A stretch of DNA of 32,000 bases, from NCBI GenBank assembly GCA_900556135.1, contig USNR01000001.1:16485-48484 (forward strand), written 5' to 3'. Every line of letters starts with the position of its first letter. The first letter of the stretch is position 1. This document shows positions 17,400-24,459 of the stretch, one piece after another. The notes beneath the pieces are model-generated. The model worked only from the letters and a program-made list of their open reading frames with translations, was not told the origin of the DNA and made no database searches. Source of the DNA: an uncultured Clostridium sp. (GTDB lineage Bacteria > Bacillota > Clostridia > TANB77 > CAG-508). A program made the position numbers and the translations under genes.

Positions 17400-17546
17400 G
17401 ACATCCGCTCATTTTGCATAATAAAATGATGTAAATCAGGGAACCCAGAAATTTTCCTTCTGCAACTATGATAAAGACAAATGCTCATAGTTAAGAGAAA
17501 ATTTCAATCCCTAATTGTACATCATTTTTATTATGCCATGCGCTAG
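17400..17546 (+). repeat. Long-hairpin element, copy C3 (core 17437-17513), orphan copy in inverted orientation relative to C2
   Basis: GACATCCGCTCATTTTGCATAATAAAATGATGTAAATCAGGGAACCCAGAAATTTTCCTTCTGCAACTATGATAAAGACAAATGCTCATAGTTAAGAGAAAATTTCAATCCCTAATTGTACATCATTTTTATTATGCCATGCGCTAG. The outer stem GCATAATAAAATGATGTA / TACATCATTTTTATTATGC is nearly perfect. Confidence 0.8.
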
Positions 17547-17672
17547 AAAGAAGTATTTCATTTTTTCATTAATCTAAAATACTGGACGTCCTTCGTATAA
17601 AATTATAAAATAGTCTTACTTTCTTTCTAACAATTTTTGTTCACTTTTTAACTATATCATTTTACTTATTCA

Positions 17673-18986
17673 TTACTTCAAACTAACATACTCTTTGTAA
17701 TTAATATCTTTTTTTCTATACTCCTCTGGTTTCAATCCTACTCTTGTTTTCATAAACTTTAATATAGCAAACATTGCCAATGTAAAAATTCCGCCAAACA
17801 AAATAACAGATGTTTTCAAATCATATTTAGAAACGATTACCGTGCCAATCAGGCCTATTAAAGTATTTCCAAGTCCAGTTACTATCCCATAAGCCGAATA
17901 CACTTTATTTACCATTTGAGTATTTGTAAAATTAGTTATATACTTTTTTATTAATACTAAATACGAACCTGAACAAATATATCTCACAACATAAGCTAAT
18001 ACAACTACAAACACCATTACTCCAAATGGAACTTTAGAAACACATATCGTTCCTGCTACCAAACACGCAATGGTATACGATATACCTATAACCGATAAAG
18101 TTTTATTCTTAAATCTTTCATGCAATTTATACTGTTGCTTTGATGCAATTCCTGCCACTAATTGCATACTAGCATATATTATTCCAATTGCGGTTGAAGA
18201 TAATTCTATTTCTTGAAGCAATCCCATTTCATATGTATTCATTACCATAATTATTCCATACATTACACCAGAAAAAATCATTAAAGCCTTTAATCTTCTA
18301 GAATGAAATATAAATGAAAAAGCAAGCTTTAAATCTTTAAAATACTCTCCATACTTTAAAGCAATCTCTTTTCCTATTTTTTCTTCCTGCTTTTTATCAT
18401 CTATCTCGCTAAATAATGACGCAACTCTTGCAGCAATTAGCAATATAATTACACATATTGTCATCGGAATATATCCATTTATCTCAAACAATATTCCAGA
18501 AACACAGGCTGAAACAGCTGATATAAAATAAAAATTGCCTAATCCCTTAGCATCAATCTTGGAAAAAATTGCCCCCTTGTTTTCTGAAGCTGGTATTGAT
18601 TTATTTAAAATTCCATTTTCAGCAACCTCTTTTATAGCAAATGAAATTCCTGATACTAAATTAGCTAATATTAATATTGTTAAATTTGTAGATAACATTA
18701 CAATTACAACTGCCAAAGCCATCATAAAATCACTTAAAACTAGACTCTTCTTACTACCTATTCTGTCTATTAATATAGTAGTTGGAATTTGAAATATAAC
18801 TTTGAATATTCCAAAAAAAGCCGTAGCTAAAACAATGTTGCCTGCTGTTAAACCTTTTATTTGTGTTAAAAAAATAAATTTAATCGCATAATAAAATAGT
18901 AAATCCGCAGTCAACATTCTATGTATTGAGTATAACTTCATATTCTGTTTTCTTTTTTCTGATAATACTTTTTCTTCTTGATTCAT
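17673..18986 (-). CDS. MFS transporter
   Basis: 437 aa with about 12 hydrophobic helices and an MFS-like loop (LIDRIGSKKSL). Confidence 0.85.
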   Translation of the reverse strand: MNQEEKVLSEKRKQNMKLYSIHRMLTADLLFYYAIKFIFLTQIKGLTAGNIVLATAFFGIFKVIFQIPTTILIDRIGSKKSLVLSDFMMALAVVIVMLSTNLTILILANLVSGISFAIKEVAENGILNKSIPASENKGAIFSKIDAKGLGNFYFISAVSACVSGILFEINGYIPMTICVIILLIAARVASLFSEIDDKKQEEKIGKEIALKYGEYFKDLKLAFSFIFHSRRLKALMIFSGVMYGIIMVMNTYEMGLLQEIELSSTAIGIIYASMQLVAGIASKQQYKLHERFKNKTLSVIGISYTIACLVAGTICVSKVPFGVMVFVVVLAYVVRYICSGSYLVLIKKYITNFTNTQMVNKVYSAYGIVTGLGNTLIGLIGTVIVSKYDLKTSVILFGGIFTLAMFAILKFMKTRVGLKPEEYRKKDINYKEYVSLK

Positions 18987-19030
18987 TCATTACCTCTTTT
19001 CTCTTATGTTTATTGCTTCTTTAGGTATTA

Positions 19031-19414
19031 TCATGAAGCTTGTTTTTTTAATGCTTCAATTTTCTTTTTTATTTCTTCTATTTTAGCCTTTTTTACTGCT
19101 ATTTGTTTATCATATAAATCTATAAGTTGATCTTCTTGTTCTTCTGTTAAATCTTCTATTTTTATTATTCCGTCACGCACTTTTCTTTGCAGTTCTAAAA
19201 GCTCACTATCAGCCTCAACATCACTATCAACCTTTAAATTCTCTATAAAGTTATTTCTAGCATTTTCTTTATCTATTTGTTTTGGTATTACAACAGTCCT
19301 TTTCACTATTTTCTTTTTACCAAACAAATTCTTAAAGAATAGTCTAATTCTTCTAAAAATTCCAATATTATCTTCTATCTTTATTAACTTTTTTTCCTCT
19401 GTATTTTCGCTCAT
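19031..19414 (-). CDS. Hypothetical coiled-coil protein
   Basis: 127-aa ORF with an RBS-like GGAGGAAG upstream and a charged, heptad-like C-terminus. No family recognised. Confidence 0.55.
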   Translation of the reverse strand: MSENTEEKKLIKIEDNIGIFRRIRLFFKNLFGKKKIVKRTVVIPKQIDKENARNNFIENLKVDSDVEADSELLELQRKVRDGIIKIEDLTEEQEDQLIDLYDKQIAVKKAKIEEIKKKIEALKKQAS

Positions 19415-19455
19415 TTTCTTCCTCCAAAGATTAATTTAAATATATATCTATATAT

Positions 19456-19596
19456 TTATATAGTTGGTTGTTCTTCTTTTTCTGCTAATAGTTTATTATA
19501 TTCATCTTGATATTCCCCTAAAGTGCTAGATAACACTTTATATTCTTCCATCAGGGCTTGTAATCTGTATTTATTATTGTTTCCTTCGTTTACCAT
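19456..19596 (-). CDS. Possible small protein (46 aa), below the ORF-track length cutoff
   Basis: Manual translation gives MVNEGNNNKYRLQALMEEYKVLSSTLGEYQDEYNKLLAEKEEQPTI. AGGAAGGAA lies upstream of the ATG, and a strong promoter sits about 50 nt upstream. Confidence 0.35.
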   Translation of the reverse strand: MVNEGNNNKYRLQALMEEYKVLSSTLGEYQDEYNKLLAEKEEQPTI

Positions 19597-19650
19597 AAAA
19601 TTTTCATTCCTTCCTTTTGTAAATTAATCTCTTCACATAAATCTACTCAT

Positions 19651-19678
19651 ATTGTAACATAACAAAAATTATTGTCAA
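19651..19678 (-). promoter_or_regulatory. Sigma-A type promoter (TTGACA-N16-TACAAT with TGT extended -10)
   Basis: The minus strand reads CTTGACAATAATTTTTGTTATGTTACAATATG. It lies upstream of the 46-aa ORF and the 19031-19414 gene. Confidence 0.5.
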
Positions 19679-19814
19679 GAGTTTTATTTTATATAATAAG
19701 AAAGCTATATAACTTTCCTATTATATAAAATACCTTGCATAGAGAATTTATTTCATAAATTTTTGCACATGAACAAACTTACTGAAATTTCTAATTTTAT
19801 AGAAAAACATAAGA

Positions 19815-19847
19815 AATAAAAAAAGACTGAAAATTGAAAATTTTCAG
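19815..19847 (-). terminator. Rho-independent terminator after the M23 peptidase gene
   Basis: The minus strand reads CTGAAAATTTTCAATTTTCAG followed by TCTTTTTTTATTTC. Confidence 0.5.
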
Positions 19848-19924
19848 ATTTGTTTCAAAGGTACTGGACTTTACACTTGTGAATTTTGATTTTCCGTTTT
19901 CCTTGGCATAAAGTCCAGAAAATA

Positions 19925-20752
19925 TTATTTTATATATAAATTTGGATCAACGTTTACTCCATCTTTTAAAATTTCAAAATGTAAATGTGTTTCATCAGCT
20001 ATTTCAAACATTGCAGTATTTCCAACTGTTGCTATTGTTTGACCTTGTTCTACTTTTTCTCCAACCTCTATAAATTCTGTAGATAATAAATTTGCATACA
20101 TACTTGTAAACCCATTGCTATGTTCTATTACAACTGTTAAACCATAACGTGGATCATTTTTTATAGATTTTACGGTTCCACCCGCTGCTGCTTTTACTAT
20201 ACTTGTTTTTTCTGCCTTGTAATCTATACCTAAATGTGTAGTCCATTCATCTAAAGTTGTTGAATATACTAAATTATCTGATGAGTAATTTTTTATTACA
20301 TCTCCCTCAACAGGATTTATAAAGCTCACATTCTCGCTTGTTTCACTTTTTACATTTTCCTCATTTGAATTTGATGTTGTTTCTTCCTTTTGGGTATTTC
20401 TTTCTTCAACAACATTTTTCTCTATAGCACTTGTATTTACAGCCCTTTTTTCTACATTTTCTGTGTTGGCATCCACAGTGTTTGTTTGACTTTCCGCTTC
20501 TGCTTCATTTACAGATTTTCCTATTTCTAAACTTACTGCTGATGTTTCTGAATTTGTTAACACAGCTGTATTTTGATATTCTGCCCTTCTTTCTACATTA
20601 GTTATTTTGCTTTGATTTGCTAACCTATTTCCATATAAAACATATGCAACTATAAAACTTACAACTGCCAAAATAATCACTGCAACCATCACTAAAATAC
20701 TTGTTTTTGCTTCACCATTGTTTCTTTGGTTTCTTCTTGAATTTCTATTCAT
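19925..20752 (-). CDS. M23/LytM family metallopeptidase with N-terminal membrane anchor (possibly SpoIIQ-like)
   Basis: TM helix ILVMVAVIILAVVSFIVAYVLY, then a LytM domain with intact HxxxD (HLGIDY) and HxH (THLHFE) motifs. It lies just downstream of spoIID in a sporulation cluster. Confidence 0.8.
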   Translation of the reverse strand: MNRNSRRNQRNNGEAKTSILVMVAVIILAVVSFIVAYVLYGNRLANQSKITNVERRAEYQNTAVLTNSETSAVSLEIGKSVNEAEAESQTNTVDANTENVEKRAVNTSAIEKNVVEERNTQKEETTSNSNEENVKSETSENVSFINPVEGDVIKNYSSDNLVYSTTLDEWTTHLGIDYKAEKTSIVKAAAGGTVKSIKNDPRYGLTVVIEHSNGFTSMYANLLSTEFIEVGEKVEQGQTIATVGNTAMFEIADETHLHFEILKDGVNVDPNLYIK

Positions 20753-20906
20753 ACTAAAATTTTCCTCCTTAAAACACTTACAAACTTTTTATATCATAAG
20801 TATTTCCTAATTTAGAAAATTTATACATTAAAGATTACCAATCTCAACTCCTGTATAAAAATGTTTTATAATTTCTTCACATGTCATCCCCTGTTTTGCT
20901 AAGCTA

Positions 20907-21845
20907 TCAGCTCCAGTTTGACTCATTCCGTACACCATGGCCATATCCCTTTACTACAAATTTAATTTCATTCTCCGATATTTCCACATTAAAATTTGCA
21001 GATTTTAGACCTAACAAAGTTCTTACTTCTACACCGGACAAATTCAAATTTCCAATTTTTATAGTTTTTATTCTGTTTCCAGCTGTATATTCTACAACTT
21101 TAATACACTCTGGATCTGAATAATCTATACTAAAATCTGAATGTTTATCTTTTATTTTATTTTCAAAATCACTCTTAGTAAATGTTGCTTCTGATAGATA
21201 TTGTGAATATGCATCTTCTCCAGAAGTTTCCACACTTTGTAAATAAGGCATATTAGTACCACCCCAAACATTTGATACTTCTTCTGTTTTTCCTCCACTA
21301 TTAGAATGGAAAAAAGCCTCTATTACCTCTCCATTATATGTAATTATCTTTCCTTGTGTTTCATAAACAGAGCTTCTTATTTTCTCCCAGTTCTCTTCTT
21401 TTTTACTTTCTTCCCATTTAGCTAGCCTATTTTCTTTAGATATCCATGCCTGGCAACAAGCTGAATTATCACATATATCTGCATTATCATGTTTTTTCGA
21501 GTTCTTTATCGTATATACTGTATATGTTCTTGCAACAATCGCTTGTGCTTTCAGTGCTTCTTTTTTAAAACTCGCAGGCATCTCAGCTGAAACAACTCCT
21601 ATCAAATATTCATCAATTGGAATTTCTTCTACATCACCCGTAGAGTTGTGTAATAGTTTAATAATTTCAAAACTTGAATATTTGTAATCATTTGCATTAC
21701 TTTTCTCTTCATTTTCATTTTCATTTACATTTTCCACTACATCTCCACTTATAGCCTCTTCCGTTCCAAATTTTTTTGTTAATAATAATGGGAGTAAAAA
21801 TGTTGCCAAAACAATTACTCCTATATAAACAATTATCCTCTTCAA
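20907..21845 (-). CDS. spoIID: Stage II sporulation protein D (lytic transglycosylase), apparently frameshifted near the 3' end
   Basis: SpoIID motifs AQAIVARTY and EAFFHSNSGGKTEE. The ORF ends ...GYGHGVRNESNWS*. The canonical continuation GMSQTGADSLAKQGMTCEEIIKHFYTGVEIGNL* is read in another frame down to 20828. Confidence 0.85.
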   Translation of the reverse strand: MKRIIVYIGVIVLATFLLPLLLTKKFGTEEAISGDVVENVNENENEEKSNANDYKYSSFEIIKLLHNSTGDVEEIPIDEYLIGVVSAEMPASFKKEALKAQAIVARTYTVYTIKNSKKHDNADICDNSACCQAWISKENRLAKWEESKKEENWEKIRSSVYETQGKIITYNGEVIEAFFHSNSGGKTEEVSNVWGGTNMPYLQSVETSGEDAYSQYLSEATFTKSDFENKIKDKHSDFSIDYSDPECIKVVEYTAGNRIKTIKIGNLNLSGVEVRTLLGLKSANFNVEISENEIKFVVKGYGHGVRNESNWS

Positions 21846-21860
21846 TATTATCTGCCTTTC

Positions 21861-22589
21861 TTATGCTAACTTTTGTCGCATTTGACTCAACACCTTTTTT
21901 TCTATTCGTGAAATTTGAACTTGACTAATTCCTAATTTTTTCGATATTTCTGTTTGAGTAATTCCTTTATAATATCTTAGCATTATGATGCTTTTTTCTC
22001 TTTCATCTAATTCACTAATTAATTTTTGAATAGATAACTTATTGGTAATCTCATTTTCTTCATTTTTACTTGATGCAATAGTATCTGCAATACATATACT
22101 GCCATCTTTTCCTTCATACACTGTTTCATTTATTGATGATACTAAATTATTAGAAGTAGCATCAATCGCTACTGCTACTTCTTCTTTTGATATTTTTAAT
22201 ATTTGGGCAATTTCTTCTACTTTTATATCTCTTCCTTCTTTTTCTAAATATTCTTTTTTTAAGCCGTTAATTTTCGTAGCCAGTTCTTTTATACTTCTAC
22301 TTACCTTAATTTTTCCATCATCTCTAATAAATTTTTTTATTTCTCCTAATATATATGGCACTGAATAAGTAGATAATTGAACTTCATAATTAACATCAAA
22401 ATTATTAATTGCTTTTACCAGGCCAAGAGCTCCAATTTGATTTAAATCTTCTTGTTCATATCCTCTTCCTTGAAATCTTTTTGCAATAGTATAAACTAGC
22501 CCCATATTTTCTTTAACGAGGCTAGCCATCTTTTCTTTATCACCTTTCTGAGCCTGAACTATGTTTTCATAACAATTGGCTTTCAACAT
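21861..22589 (-). CDS. sigF: Sporulation sigma factor SigF
   Basis: Sigma-70 regions 2-4 (GLVYTIAKRFQGRGYEQEDLNQIGALGLVKAINNFD, KVSRSIKE, ISQVQISRIEKK), third gene after spoIIAA-spoIIAB. Confidence 0.9.
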   Translation of the reverse strand: MLKANCYENIVQAQKGDKEKMASLVKENMGLVYTIAKRFQGRGYEQEDLNQIGALGLVKAINNFDVNYEVQLSTYSVPYILGEIKKFIRDDGKIKVSRSIKELATKINGLKKEYLEKEGRDIKVEEIAQILKISKEEVAVAIDATSNNLVSSINETVYEGKDGSICIADTIASSKNEENEITNKLSIQKLISELDEREKSIIMLRYYKGITQTEISKKLGISQVQISRIEKKVLSQMRQKLA

Positions 22590-22604
22590 ATATTCCCTCC
22601 ATAT

Positions 22605-23135
22605 TTAAGATATGGCATGCAATATTGTATCTATTTCCTTATTTTCTTCTCTATTTATATCTTCTTCTTCTTTGCTTTTCTCTTCAAGTTCTCCATTCTT
22701 GCTTTCCTTATCTATGTATTTTTTCATAGTAACCTTTGTTCCCAGTCCTACTACAGATTGAATTTTCACTTCATCCATAAAGCTTTCCATTATTGTAAAT
22801 CCCATTCCAGACCTTTCTAAGTTAGCCTTTGATGTATATAATGGTCTTCTTGCCAACTCTATGTCTTCAATTCCTTTTCCTGTATCAGATATTTCTATTT
22901 CTATGTAATTATCTTTTAACTTACAATCTATCTTTATTATTCCATCAGATTTTTCGTATCCATGTATAATACAATTTGTAACCGCTTCTGATACTGCCGT
23001 TTTAATATCTGCAAGTTCTTCTATTGTTGGGTCTAATTGTGAAGCAAATGCAGCAACAGCAATTCTGGAAAAAGCTTCATTACATGACTTGCTTACAAAC
23101 TCCAATTTCATTTCGTTATCATATATTCCTAGCAT
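22605..23135 (-). CDS. spoIIAB: Anti-sigma F factor (serine kinase SpoIIAB) with an acidic C-terminal extension
   Basis: HATPase_c motifs ([47 protein letters not shown]). It is 176 aa, whereas my recollection of typical SpoIIAB is about 146 aa. Confidence 0.9.
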   Translation of the reverse strand: MLGIYDNEMKLEFVSKSCNEAFSRIAVAAFASQLDPTIEELADIKTAVSEAVTNCIIHGYEKSDGIIKIDCKLKDNYIEIEISDTGKGIEDIELARRPLYTSKANLERSGMGFTIMESFMDEVKIQSVVGLGTKVTMKKYIDKESKNGELEEKSKEEEDINREENKEIDTILHAIS

Positions 23136-23146
23136 TTCACATCCTC

Positions 23147-23476
23147 CTAACTAACCTGATTTTCCAGCTTATCTGCAACTGGGATTATTTTTAAAATGCC
23201 ACTCATTTCAAAAAGCTTTTTTATCTGCCTATTAATATTAATAATTTCTAAACAGCCTCCTAACATTCGTATAAGCTTATACCTTCCTAAAAGCATGCCT
23301 ATTCCGGCACTGTCCATAAAAGTAACGTTACTAAAATCAAACACAACTTTTCTTGGCAAAAATCTAGTAATTTCATTATCCATTTTCCTCCTCATTTTTT
23401 CTGTAGTATGCTCGTCTATTTCCTCCGTAATTTTAAGTGTAAGTACTTTACTGCTTGGCACATATGTACATTCCAC
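23147..23476 (-). CDS. spoIIAA: Anti-sigma F factor antagonist (STAS domain)
   Basis: 109 aa with a STAS fold and the phosphorylatable-Ser context [17 protein letters not shown] start preceded by GGAAGGGGGA. Confidence 0.9.
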   Translation of the reverse strand: MECTYVPSSKVLTLKITEEIDEHTTEKMRRKMDNEITRFLPRKVVFDFSNVTFMDSAGIGMLLGRYKLIRMLGGCLEIININRQIKKLFEMSGILKIIPVADKLENQVS

Positions 23477-23515
23477 GTTTTATCCCCCTTCCTATGTTTT
23501 TATTTAACTATGGAT

Positions 23516-23544
23516 AGTATACTATTATTTCCAGTATTTTCCAA
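23516..23544 (-). promoter_or_regulatory. Candidate promoter of the spoIIA operon (TTGGAA-N17-TATACT)
   Basis: The minus strand reads TTGGAAAATACTGGAAATAATAGTATACT, about 40 nt upstream of the GTG start. It is sigma-A-like by sequence. The sigma-H dependence expected for spoIIA could not be confirmed from the sequence. Confidence 0.3.
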
Positions 23545-23745
23545 TAGCAAAACTTGGCAAGTTTGCTCGATTTATGGGAAGTTTCCGACATTTTTTGCAT
23601 TTTTCATAAGAGAACAAATCTGAGATTTTCAATTTTCAGTTTTTTCCTACTATTTATGCTTTTCTATAAAATTAAAAATTTCATTAAATTTTCCGTGCAA
23701 TGTATTTTATATAATATGAAACCCTATATAATTTTCTTATTTATA

Positions 23746-23781
23746 TAAAAAAACAATATTAAACATCTTGTCTAATATTGT
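23746..23781 (-). terminator. Rho-independent terminator of the GT2 / membrane-protein operon
   Basis: The minus strand reads ACAATATTA-GACAAGATGTT-TAATATTGT followed by TTTTTTTATAT. The left arm overlaps the GT2 stop codon. Confidence 0.6.
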
Positions 23782-24452
23782 TTCTCATACAAGCTCTTAG
23801 CAATCTTAATAGAATCACTAATTGCCCTAAAGCTACTTTTTTTATTATTATTTATATATATACTTAATATATTTATTTCTCTTATTTTGATATTTTTTTC
23901 TATACAGTACATAAGCACATTCGTTTCATACTCATATCTACTACCTCTTACATCTGCAATCTCTGATAAATACTTGTATGGTATTGCTCTTAACCCTGTC
24001 TGAGTATCTTTCAATTTTCGACCTGTATTCTTCGAAAAAAGGATGTTTATAATTTTGTTCCCTACTTTGCTTTTCCATGGTATTTCTTTATCACCAAACT
24101 CTCGACTTCCAAGTATAACACTATCTTGATTTTCCTCAAACTCCTTATAAACTTTGTTTATATCATCTATACAATGCTGTCCATCCGCATCAACAGTTAT
24201 AACTCCTATTATTTGTTCATTACTGTTTCTAATATAATTAAAAGCTGTTTTTAAAGCTTCGCCTTTACCTCTATTAATAGTATGGTTTAATATTATAACA
24301 TCTTTTATTTCTTTGAAAATCTGTGAAGTAGTACTACCATCATTTACAACTATAATATTGTAAAACATATTTTTCTTAAGATCTTCCACTATTTTTATCA
24401 AATTATTGTCTGGGTTATATGCTGGTATAACAATTACTACTTCACTTTTCAT
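23772..24452 (-). CDS. Glycosyltransferase family 2
   Basis: VVIVIPAYNPDNNL, VVNDGS and VDADGQH (DxD-type) motifs, 226 aa. Confidence 0.85.
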   Translation of the reverse strand: MKSEVVIVIPAYNPDNNLIKIVEDLKKNMFYNIIVVNDGSTTSQIFKEIKDVIILNHTINRGKGEALKTAFNYIRNSNEQIIGVITVDADGQHCIDDINKVYKEFEENQDSVILGSREFGDKEIPWKSKVGNKIINILFSKNTGRKLKDTQTGLRAIPYKYLSEIADVRGSRYEYETNVLMYCIEKNIKIREINILSIYINNNKKSSFRAISDSIKIAKSLYEKQY

Positions 24453-24459
24453 CTTATTT

